Source: a virus. From it: DNA of 64,000 nucleotides. The stretch lies in IMG/VR virus record IMGVR_UViG_3300047557_004430; one strand, written 5' to 3'. Positions 1 to 9,800 of the stretch are shown here, in pieces. Numbering within the stretch: the first letter of the stretch is position 1; every line of letters begins with the position of its first letter. Below the pieces are notes generated by a model. The model did not search any database. It was not told the origin of the DNA and saw only the letters and a program-made list of their open reading frames with translations. The translations under genes and the position numbers were made by a program.

Positions 1-630
1 TCAGGTAGGTCTGGTAGTTCAGGAACCTCAGGGTCTAATGGAAGCTCAGGTTCATCAGGTACATCGGGCTCAAGTGGTTCTTCAGGAACATCAGGCTCTA
101 GCGGTTCTTCAGGTACGTCAGGTACCAATGGTACATCAGGTACAAACGGCACAAGTGGAACATCAGGTTCTTCAGGAACATCTGGTAGTTCAGGTTCATC
201 AGGTACTTCAGGAACTAATGGTACGTCAGGGACAAATGGTACAAGTGGTACTTCAGGTTCTTCAGGAACATCAGGTTCAAGTGGTTCATCAGGTACTTCA
301 GGAACTAATGGTACATCAGGTACAAACGGCACAAGTGGTACTTCAGGTTCATCAGGAACATCAGGTTCAAGTGGTTCATCAGGTACAAGTGGAACATCTG
401 GGTCTTCTGGTACATCAGGTACAAGCGGTTCTTCAGGGACAAGTGGTACTTCAGGTTCATCAGGTAGAAACGGTAGTTCAGGAACATCTGGAAGTTCAGG
501 TTCATCAGGTACTTCTGGAAGCTCAGGTTCATCTGGTACATCAGGAACTAATGGTACATCAGGAACTAATGGTACAAGCGGAACGTCAGGTTCTTCAGGT
601 ACAGCAGGTTCATCTGGAAGTTCAGGACTT
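1..630 (+). repeat. Coding G-S-S / G-T-S / G-T-N triplet repeat (collagen/polyglycine-II-like)
   Basis: 9-bp periodic units such as ggttcatca, ggaacatca and ggtacttca. Confidence 0.9.
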
Positions 631-1110
631 GGAACAATTACTAACAACGTTAACAACTATGTCCTTACTGCGACAGGAACTGCGGGAACAATCAACGGTG
701 AAGCAAATCTTACCTTCGACGGTTCAACATTAACTGTTACAGGAGCGGTGAATATCTCAGGAGCATTAACCGCGGCTTCGAAGTCCTTCGATATCCCTCA
801 CCCAACAAAAGATGGTTGGAGATTGAGATACGGAGTGTTGGAAGGACCAGAACACGGTGTATACTTCAGAGGTAAAGTGACTGAAAATGTAATTGAATTA
901 CCTGAATATTGGACAGGTTTAGTTTATGAAGATTCGATTTCAGTAAACCTAACACCAATAGGAAATGCAAACCTACACTTTGTTGTGAAAATCGAAAATA
1001 ACAAGGTACATATCGACTCTGAGAATGGTGAAATAAATGCTTTCTTTGTGGTTAACGCTGAAAGAAAGGATGTTGAAAAAGTCCTTCTCGAATATAGACC
1101 AATTATTTAA
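1..1110 (+). CDS. 5'-truncated fibre protein: Gly-Ser/Thr triplet repeats plus C-terminal SKSF..LRxGxLEGPE domain
   Basis: Frame 1 is open from base 1 (SGRSGSSGTSGSNGSS...) through LGTITNNVNNYVLTATG...GEANLTFDGSTLTVTGA into the tracked 748..1110 ORF, which is in the same frame. The tracked 38..733 ORF is an off-frame shadow. Confidence 0.85.
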   Translation, partial: SGRSGSSGTSGSNGSSGSSGTSGSSGSSGTSGSSGSSGTSGTNGTSGTNGTSGTSGSSGTSGSSGSSGTSGTNGTSGTNGTSGTSGSSGTSGSSGSSGTSGTNGTSGTNGTSGTSGSSGTSGSSGSSGTSGTSGSSGTSGTSGSSGTSGTSGSSGRNGSSGTSGSSGSSGTSGSSGSSGTSGTNGTSGTNGTSGTSGSSGTAGSSGSSGLGTITNNVNNYVLTATGTAGTINGEANLTFDGSTLTVTGAVNISGALTAASKSFDIPHPTKDGWRLRYGVLEGPEHGVYFRGKVTENVIELPEYWTGLVYEDSISVNLTPIGNANLHFVVKIENNKVHIDSENGEINAFFVVNAERKDVEKVLLEYRPII

Positions 1111-1140
1111 GAAAAAATAAAATTAAACAAATCAAAAGCG

Positions 1141-1148
1141 TATTTATA
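1141..1148 (+). promoter_or_regulatory. Putative late promoter TATTTATA
   Basis: Recurrent motif upstream of structural genes; ATG at 1173. Confidence 0.6.
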
Positions 1149-1172
1149 TAAGAACTAAATACGCTTTTTTTT

Positions 1173-2135
1173 ATGCCTAATCTATATAAAGGTTTTTACT
1201 ATAATCCAACGACAAACACTATTTACATCGGCTCAAACGGTATTTTGGCTGGTAAGATAGACAGTTTGGGTAGAGTTGGATTCGGAGTAGGAGATGCGGC
1301 TTTAACTGCACAAGTTACTTTTTCTGGTTCATCAGGAACTCCTCCTCTTAGATTGATTGGGCTAACCGTCGACTCTTCAGCACCAAAATTTTTGGTAGTT
1401 GATAACGATGGGTTCATTAAGTTCAGAGAGGATGTAACAACAGGGGTAACAATTTCAAACAACGTTGTAACCACAACAAATAGTAGTGGAGGAACGACAA
1501 CGTTCACCGTAAACGCAATCACAGGTGGCACTTTTGCGGGAGAAACAATTACAGTTCAAGGTTCAGGTACAATTTCCAACATAACAGGTATAAAGACACT
1601 CTATAATACTGACGGAACTTTATCGGGAAATAGAGTGATAACGGTTGGGTCTAACTCAATTACTTTTTCAGGTGCTTCTGCTAACATGGTTAGAGTTATC
1701 TATACAGGTGCAACTCTATCAGATAAAGTTTTAGAATCAGGTACAGGAGCAGGTTCTAATTTCTATGTTACGGCAAATGGTGATTTATCCGCAACCTCCA
1801 AGTCTTTTTTGATTCCAAACAAACTAAAGCCAGGATTCATGTTAAGACATGGTTCACTCGAAGGACCTGAGCACGGGGTGTACGTAAGAGGTACTCTCAT
1901 AAGCCATAACAAAATCAAACTTCCAGACTATTGGGAATGGTTAGTTGATGAATCTACAATTACAGTTCAACTTACACCAATAGGAACTTTTCAGAAATAT
2001 CTAGTTAAGTCAGTCTCAACATCAGAAATCGAAATCTCCAATCTCGAGAATTCAGAAAACATAAATTGTTTTTATATTGTACATGGAGAGAGAAAAGATA
2101 TTGATAAAATGATTGTTGACGAAAAGACTAACTAA
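1173..2135 (+). CDS. Virion fibre/spike protein with C-terminal SKSF..LRHGSLEGPE domain
   Basis: 320 aa, beta-rich (G/T/S/V); C-terminal domain shared with flanking genes; paralogous to the C-terminal ~290 aa of 2135..6199. Confidence 0.75.
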   Translation: MPNLYKGFYYNPTTNTIYIGSNGILAGKIDSLGRVGFGVGDAALTAQVTFSGSSGTPPLRLIGLTVDSSAPKFLVVDNDGFIKFREDVTTGVTISNNVVTTTNSSGGTTTFTVNAITGGTFAGETITVQGSGTISNITGIKTLYNTDGTLSGNRVITVGSNSITFSGASANMVRVIYTGATLSDKVLESGTGAGSNFYVTANGDLSATSKSFLIPNKLKPGFMLRHGSLEGPEHGVYVRGTLISHNKIKLPDYWEWLVDESTITVQLTPIGTFQKYLVKSVSTSEIEISNLENSENINCFYIVHGERKDIDKMIVDEKTN

Positions 2136-5100
2136 TGGCTTGTAATTATTACGACTTATACATTGACCCGAACGACATAAACAATGCGGTCAATAATAAT
2201 GCCTACCTTGATTATACTGTATACGTCTCATATTATGATTGTGACGGAAATCTTCAAGTAACAACTTATGGTGCTAGCGGAACATTTACTAATGCATTTT
2301 GTTCTGATACAAGTTACGGTGTAATAACTTTATATTATTATAATACCGACCAGTATTATACTGCGCTTAATAGTAATACAACCGTTGCTGGAAACTGTGG
2401 TACACCAACCCCGACTCCAGCAGTCACAAGTACACCAACACCAACAAATCCTTATGGGTGTTTTTCTATAACTTATCAAAGTACAAATACAATTACAAAT
2501 AATTGCGGTGGTACAAGCTACCCGTATACTTATGAAACTTGGAGAATAAGTTATCTTAATGGTGTTGTGAACCAAAATGTTGGTGTAATGTGGGAATATT
2601 ACATCAATGACCCATGTGGTTCGAGTGGACCTGTAGGAGTAACAGCAACAATTTTACAAGGGAACTCTTACGTAGATGTTATCTTAGATACATCTGTATA
2701 CATTGATTGCCCACCTGACCCTACATGTTACGAACAAACAAATTATATGATTGGTATTGTGAGTGCAGATACGTCGTGTTCTGCATTAGCAGTAACTCCA
2801 ACACCAACAACAACAACTACTTTGACTGCCACCCCATCGACAACTCCAGCTGTAACCCCAACGCCAACGACAACAACTACCTTAACATCAACACCAACCC
2901 CAACAAATAACACTTCAATATGGCTTGGAACCGTAAATAATTACAATGACTCCTCCTCAGCCTGCGCAAACTATAGTACTTCAAGAAGTTTCTACGCAAA
3001 TCCTGGTAACAACTGGGGGTTGATTTCGAATGTTACAAGATTTTATGACGATGTATTCTTAACAACTCCGACTAATGGTGGAAATAAGTGGTATGGTGTA
3101 ACTAGAATGGGTGACCCAAACACTATCTATGCAATACAGATTGATACTAACGGTTATCTTATAAATTATACATCTTGTCCTACACCAACACCACAACCTA
3201 CTCAAACCCGTACTCCTGATGCAACGCCTGCTGTAACACCTACACAGACAAGGACACCAACAACAACTCCTACAGCTACTCAATTTACTCAATACACATC
3301 CGCAACAACTTGTAACACATTAATACAATCAAGTGCTTGGGGAGGCTCAGGGGGAAGAGGAATCTATACAATAACAGTTGATGTAGGTAATGGTACAGGT
3401 AATATGACCTTAACCTATGATGCACAAACAATACCTGATAGATTTCAGGTTTATTGGAATAATATACTTCAGATAGATACTGGATTTGTTTCCGATTGTT
3501 GGCCAAGTAGTTGTTCAAGTTATAATTCACAATTAAATGCTTTGGGATATTCCAACGTAAGTGGTCCTAACGGAAGTCAAAGTTTTAATAAAACCTCACA
3601 AAGTCCTTCTGTAATTACAATTGTTGTTACCGCACCTCTAACAAACACGGTTTGGTCAGGGACTCTATCTTGTCCAGCCGATGTGACCCCAACTCCGACA
3701 GCCGCAGTTACCTCCACACCGACACCAACTACAACAACAACTTTAACTGCAACACCTACGCAAACACCAACCACAACGACTACCTTGACCGCTACTCCAA
3801 CTCAAACTCCAACTACAACAACAACTTTAACTGCAACTCCTACACAGACCCCTACTACAACAACTACGTTAACTGCAACACCAACTCAGACTCCAACAAC
3901 TACAACAACACTTACGGCTACCCCAACACAAACATCTACACAAACTCCTACAACCACAACTACGCTTACTGCAACGCCGACTCAAACCCCAACAACAACT
4001 ACTACTTTAACAGCCACTCCGACTCAAACCCCAACAACTACTACAACTTTAACTGCAACGCCGACTCAAACCCCAACCACAACTACTACTTTAACAGCCA
4101 CTCCGACTCAAACCCCAACAACAACCACAACTTTAACTGCAACGCCAACTCAAACTCCCACACAGACTCCAACTACAACTACTACGTTGACTGCAACGCC
4201 AACTCAAACTCCCACACAAACACCAACTACAACTACTACGTTGACTGCAACGCCAACCCAAACTCCAACACAGACTCCAACAACAACTACAACTCTTACT
4301 GCGACTCCAACCCAAACTCCAACACAGACTCCAACTACAACTACTACGTTGACTGCAACCCCTACTCAAACTCCGACACAAACACCTACAACAACTACAA
4401 CTCTTACTGCAACCCCAAGTGAGACCCCAACCCAAACACCTACAACAACAACTACTTTAACATCTACGCCAGCAGAAACTCCTACACAGACTCCGACTAC
4501 CACAACAACACTTACCGCAACACCGACTCAGACAGCAACACAGACCCCAACGACAACCACAACCCTTACTGCAACAGCTACACAGACACCTACATCTCAA
4601 TTGACCCCAACTCCAACAAGTACACCTACACAAACAAACACACCGTCAAATAGTCCAACTCCTGCAATTACATCTACTCAAACTTCTACACCTACACAAA
4701 CCAATACCCCATCAAATAGTCCAACACCAAGTATTACTGCTAGCCCAACAAATACTCCAACACAAACAAACACCCCTTCTAATTCGGCTACACCACAAAT
4801 AACAACTACTCCGACTCAAACACCAACCACAACAACTACTTTGACTGCAACACCAACACAAACAAATACTCCTTCTAATAGTCCATCACCAAGTATTACC
4901 GCTAGTCCAACAACTACTCCAACACAAACAAACACGCCATCAAATTCACCAACTCCATCCATCACATTATCACCAACACCTACAACTACAACCACTCTCA
5001 CCGCAACTGCCACCCAAACTCCAACTACAACGACCACACTTACCTCAACTCCAGCTCAAACAAGTACACCCACACCTACCACAACAACGACTTTAACTGC

Positions 5101-6199
5101 AACTCCGAGTCAAACTCCAACTAACACTCCGACTACTACTACAACTTTGACCTCAACACCTACGCCTACAGATACACCATCAATTACAGAAACCCCAACA
5201 CCATCACCAACTACGACTACAACGATATCTGCAACCCCGAGTCAAACACCAACGTTAACCATGACTCCAACTACAACAACAACCCTGACTGCAACACCTA
5301 CCAACACACCAAGTCCAACACCTACAAACCATCCTGTTGAATTCGCGGCAAACGGATTTTTCTACGAACCATCAACAGGAAATCTCTATGCAACTACTGA
5401 CGAGACAATAAGAGTTACATTCAGCGGTGCATCCGTTGGCGTTAATTTTTTAAATCCTACTCAAATTATTTTTACAGCAGCAATTGCTCAGAGAGGACTT
5501 AAATTCATTGGACTCGAGTCAGGCAATTCAAATTTCTCTTTAGCCTCGGATTCTGATGGTGTAGTTTATAAGGTAAACGTACCTGCTGCCTCTATAAGTG
5601 TAACATCTTTTGATTCGGCTTCGGGAGGAACTGTATCAAATAACACGATTAATTTTACAGGTAATGGGGTCAATACAAGTGTTACTATTCCTGAAGTTTA
5701 TTTCACAAACGGTACGTTATCATCAAACAGAATTGTTTCAGTGGGACCATATTCCATTACTTTCGGAGGACAAGGGTCTTCAATATTCAAAGTTGTAAAT
5801 ACGACTGGAAATGCATTCGAAACGGGAACTTCTAATGGAATCAACTTCTATGTTGATTATCAAGGAGGTGTATATGCCACATCAAAATCGTTCTGGATTA
5901 ATAACCCAATTAAAAATGGTTACAAGTTAAGACATGGGTCTTTAGAAGGACCTGAGAACGGAGTTTACTTTAGAGGTAAAACAGATTTAGACAAAATTGA
6001 AATACCTCAAGAATGGAGTTGGTTGGTGGATTTTGATTCAATCACTGTTTCATTAACATCAACTTGTGGTGATGAATTATATGTAGAATCAATCACAGAC
6101 CTTTGGATTAAAGTCGGTGGGGTTGACTGTGAATACTTCTATGTAATAAATGGTGAAAGAAAAGATATTGACGATTTGAATATCGATTTAATAGGTTAA
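2135..6199 (+). CDS. Large virion surface protein: Cys-rich modules, mucin-like Thr-Pro stalk, fibre C-terminal domain
   Basis: 1354 aa; TPTTTTTLTATPTQ repeats; C-terminal ATSKSFWINN..LRHGSLEGPENGVYFRG. Confidence 0.8.
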   Translation: MACNYYDLYIDPNDINNAVNNNAYLDYTVYVSYYDCDGNLQVTTYGASGTFTNAFCSDTSYGVITLYYYNTDQYYTALNSNTTVAGNCGTPTPTPAVTSTPTPTNPYGCFSITYQSTNTITNNCGGTSYPYTYETWRISYLNGVVNQNVGVMWEYYINDPCGSSGPVGVTATILQGNSYVDVILDTSVYIDCPPDPTCYEQTNYMIGIVSADTSCSALAVTPTPTTTTTLTATPSTTPAVTPTPTTTTTLTSTPTPTNNTSIWLGTVNNYNDSSSACANYSTSRSFYANPGNNWGLISNVTRFYDDVFLTTPTNGGNKWYGVTRMGDPNTIYAIQIDTNGYLINYTSCPTPTPQPTQTRTPDATPAVTPTQTRTPTTTPTATQFTQYTSATTCNTLIQSSAWGGSGGRGIYTITVDVGNGTGNMTLTYDAQTIPDRFQVYWNNILQIDTGFVSDCWPSSCSSYNSQLNALGYSNVSGPNGSQSFNKTSQSPSVITIVVTAPLTNTVWSGTLSCPADVTPTPTAAVTSTPTPTTTTTLTATPTQTPTTTTTLTATPTQTPTTTTTLTATPTQTPTTTTTLTATPTQTPTTTTTLTATPTQTSTQTPTTTTTLTATPTQTPTTTTTLTATPTQTPTTTTTLTATPTQTPTTTTTLTATPTQTPTTTTTLTATPTQTPTQTPTTTTTLTATPTQTPTQTPTTTTTLTATPTQTPTQTPTTTTTLTATPTQTPTQTPTTTTTLTATPTQTPTQTPTTTTTLTATPSETPTQTPTTTTTLTSTPAETPTQTPTTTTTLTATPTQTATQTPTTTTTLTATATQTPTSQLTPTPTSTPTQTNTPSNSPTPAITSTQTSTPTQTNTPSNSPTPSITASPTNTPTQTNTPSNSATPQITTTPTQTPTTTTTLTATPTQTNTPSNSPSPSITASPTTTPTQTNTPSNSPTPSITLSPTPTTTTTLTATATQTPTTTTTLTSTPAQTSTPTPTTTTTLTATPSQTPTNTPTTTTTLTSTPTPTDTPSITETPTPSPTTTTTISATPSQTPTLTMTPTTTTTLTATPTNTPSPTPTNHPVEFAANGFFYEPSTGNLYATTDETIRVTFSGASVGVNFLNPTQIIFTAAIAQRGLKFIGLESGNSNFSLASDSDGVVYKVNVPAASISVTSFDSASGGTVSNNTINFTGNGVNTSVTIPEVYFTNGTLSSNRIVSVGPYSITFGGQGSSIFKVVNTTGNAFETGTSNGINFYVDYQGGVYATSKSFWINNPIKNGYKLRHGSLEGPENGVYFRGKTDLDKIEIPQEWSWLVDFDSITVSLTSTCGDELYVESITDLWIKVGGVDCEYFYVINGERKDIDDLNIDLIG
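3697..5330 (+). repeat. Coding Thr-Pro tandem array (14-aa/42-bp then 18-aa/54-bp units, then TPTQTNTPSNSP variants)
   Basis: Directly visible in the translation; boundaries approximate. Confidence 0.9.
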
Positions 6200-6870
6200 T
6201 CTCTATTATCAATAAAAATCATAATTTCTCTATAATAAGGTATAAATTCAGGATTCCAAACTTGCCAAGTTATATCAATTCCATCAAATGAAAGAACTTT
6301 GAAATTCGGAAATACTCTTAGGTAGACATCTCTGAATATTTTGAATTTTTCTTTCATCCAATCATCTCCTAAGTGCCACTCACCTGCAATTTTTCTAACA
6401 TTATTTTTAATCCAAAATAAATTTTCTATGGTGAAAATATCGTATTCCCCTGTTTCACAATCGGTTTTAAGGAAGTCTATCTTTTGTATATTATAATCCT
6501 CTATGACCTTTTTAAATGTGGTTGAATATAGTTTTTGATTCTCAGTTTTTTCAAATACAAACCCGAAATCAAACTCACCTACTTTATCGGAGATACCCTT
6601 GTTAATATGAGTTACGTTTCCATGCCTAGTATTATATACTAAAGTTTTAAACTCTTCATAACTTGGTTCGAAAGCAAAAACCTGTGATGGATTCTTATGT
6701 AAGATTGAAAATGTGAATGGACCAAGACTGGCACCAATATCAAAAACTACGTCACCTTCTTCAACTTCAAAATACCTTTCGTAAATTTTATCTTCAAAAA
6801 TTTCTCTTGTTACTGTCTCTCTGAAACCATCATAACATTTTGGTTCCCATTTAAATTGTTCTAAATTCAT
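6196..6870 (-). CDS. FkbM-family SAM-dependent methyltransferase
   Basis: VVFDIGASLGPFT, VFAFEPS and IDFLKTDCETGEYDI motifs. Confidence 0.85.
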   Translation of the reverse strand: MNLEQFKWEPKCYDGFRETVTREIFEDKIYERYFEVEEGDVVFDIGASLGPFTFSILHKNPSQVFAFEPSYEEFKTLVYNTRHGNVTHINKGISDKVGEFDFGFVFEKTENQKLYSTTFKKVIEDYNIQKIDFLKTDCETGEYDIFTIENLFWIKNNVRKIAGEWHLGDDWMKEKFKIFRDVYLRVFPNFKVLSFDGIDITWQVWNPEFIPYYREIMIFIDNRD

Positions 6871-9800
6871 TTTAATAAATTTTGTATTTTATCTATAACC
6901 ATCTGTGACGTGATTGACTTATGGCATTCAAACTGCCTTTCAGTTCCTTTGTGAACAGGACACCAATTCCAATCCCCTTTGTCGAACTTGAATTCAGGGT
7001 TGTTCCAACATCCATTACAAACGAGTGGATTTGTGATTCTGATACAATCCAAGTTGAACTCGTGGTCAGGTGTTGTGAAATTGCTTATCATAACAACCTT
7101 CTTTCCCATACCCCAAGACAACCAAGATAATCCGCTTGATAAACCGATGAAAAATTCACTATGATGAATTACATTCATTGTGTTTTCAATCGACACATCT
7201 TTAATCTTAGTTACATTCTGAAAATCATTATCTTCTTTTGAAACGTTGACTACCCTATAACCTTGAGAAACAAGGTAATTGATTAGTTCTTGCCACCCCT
7301 CCTTTGTCCAAAATTTACAGCCAGCAGTTGAGTTTGTCGCTATCGTAACATACTTCCCATCATAAGGTTTTTGTGAAATATGATAATCAATTCTTGGTTT
7401 GATTTCACTATAATCCAAACCTAATATGTTGGTTGCAGCTTTTTGCAATGGAATTGTATTTGGAACTTCAGGTTCTTTGTCTTTATTCCAAAACCAACCA
7501 AGCTTGTACATACCATGAATGTTATGGACAACACTTCCTGGTTCTACAAACTGCAGCTCAGGATAAACTTTTTTGAATAGTTTGTTCCAAAAAGTTGATA
7601 CAATTACATCACACTTATGTTTGTTTTTAAATTCTAAACAATAAGGAATCCAAGCAATTGAATCACCCAAAGATTTACTATCAAATGATATAAAGACTCT
7701 CTGTCCTTCATAATTCAAAGTTCTATCTAAAACTAAGGTCTTATCATCATAAACTTTTGTTCTCCATCTTGTAAAATATTGTCTATTAAGTTTAATCCAC
7801 GAATTTACAGGTAATGTGTTTTCATAATGAATTACACCTTTCTCATCGAAGAATTGAATTTTGAATTTGGAAGTTGAATCACCTTTCAATTCGAGATATG
7901 GTTGTTCAATATAATATTGAGTTATATGTAAGTTTGAAGGAATTCTATTTTGTGGAATTACATTAATTTCTTTAACCTTTTTGTAAAAGTCTATGTGGTC
8001 CTTAGCAAATTTTTCAACACTATTATTTGGTGTAACAGAGTTCTTCTTTTTAGAAAATAATGAAACTAGTTGGTCTTTTATTTTTACAACGTCAGAACTT
8101 TCAATAGGGGTAATGTATTCTGTAAACATGTCGAAATATTGAGGAAGATTTCTTGCTAATATTTGTAAACCAAAAGAAGCTGCTTCTCTTAAAACAATTG
8201 GATTACATTCCCATGTTGAGTTGAACATGAGAATATCTGACGCTTTCATAAACTCATCGATATCTTCTCTTTCACCCCAAACTTTAACATTGGAAGGTAA
8301 GTTTTTCATAATTGGTCCCCAATAATTTTCAAAGTTGGATGCTTGATTACCAACAAAATGGAATTGTACGTGAGGGTTTGATTGTTCAATAAGTCTCGCA
8401 ACTTCAACACCCTCCCCTTGATTCTTACCTTCAGTCCACAACCCGACGTTCAGAACGTGAACTTTGTCGATATCCAGTCCCAATTTTTGTTGAGATACCA
8501 TTTGTTCAAATGAAGTTCTTGATTTGTTTTCGATTGGAAACTCAAAAACCTGTTTCAAAGTCTCAACATCTTTAAATTGAACTCTATCATGGTATGGAGT
8601 ACAGAAAGCAAATCCATCAGGAACAAACGAAATATTTTTTGGGTCGAACCATATGTTGTGGCATGTTTCAACAACACGCCAAGTTCTTGAGTTATCGAAA
8701 AGAGCGTTCAATACATTTTTTGAGATTTTGTTAAAACTATCGAATCCTTCAGGTATTTCGTCAATGTGTACTATATCAATTGAATTCTTTTTAATTATCT
8801 CAATCAACTTCATGGAGTTTTCCTCGGAATGGTTGTCCAAGTTATTGAGTGTCCAAAATCTATCTTCAGGTATTAGTAACTTAATTTTGTTTCTTTGAAC
8901 AACGTAAGTTGTTGCGTATAGACAAAACTCTACCACATACAAATCAATATCAGGATAATATTTTAATATTGATTCAATCCTTTTCAGTAAATAAGATGGC
9001 ATTCCACCTGTTGAAAGGTGAGGGGCAAAAAATAAAACTTTCAACTTTTTGTTTTGTTTATTTTTAATTTTTTTGACCATTTCTCTCATCTTTTGTGGAT
9101 TTTTTTCACCGTGGAAAAACAATAAATGAGATAAATCCTGAGGAGCTCTTAACCAATCACCAAAAAAATTGAATTCATTCGGTCCTTTGTATTCAATCTC
9201 ATCATACATTTTATCAACTATATCGACACTTCCGTTAACATATATGTAAGGTAAACCTTGGTGGATATGATTTTTCCAAAGAAGAACATTAACAATTGTT
9301 TCTTCGTTGAATGGTGCGTAATGATTGATATTCTTCCAAATTTTTGGGTGGTTACACATCCAATACCACTCATCGATGAAATCTGTTGTTTTTTGACCAG
9401 CAACAAAATAACCTGTCTGTCTATAAAACTTTCTTATGGTTTGGTCAACACCGAATAATTTACATGCATTGTATTCCAAAGTAGATTCCCAATCTCCACC
9501 ATGTTGGGGTCCTCCACCGCCTTTCCCATATAGGGTCATATATTCATAGATACCCTCCACAAAATATGGGAATGAAGAATCTTTATCAAATAAAGAAAAT
9601 ATCTTGTCTACGTTAGGAGTTGCAACAGAGTCACTATCAACATAACAAACGGTTTCGGCGTGCTTAGAAAGAGCGTCTTTAATTATTAAAGGTCTTTGAA
9701 TTAAAATTTTGTAGATATCAGAGTTTCTTCTGTCTATGTAAAAATTATCATTTTCTTTTGTGTAACAATTATCTGATAAATTTTGAAGTGAACAATCCCA

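Noticed and set aside
38-733. 231-aa V/Q/H-rich ORF (and 305..541 on the minus strand)
   Set aside because: Off-frame shadow of the GSS/GTS repeat; frame 1 is open and continuous with the conserved C-terminal domain.
3577-5037. Alternative-frame ORFs (N/Y/C-rich, V/G-rich, S/C/W-rich) over the Thr-Pro arrays, also at 14321-15337 and 16039-16889
   Set aside because: Stop-free by-products of low-complexity ACN/CCN codons; no independent start context.
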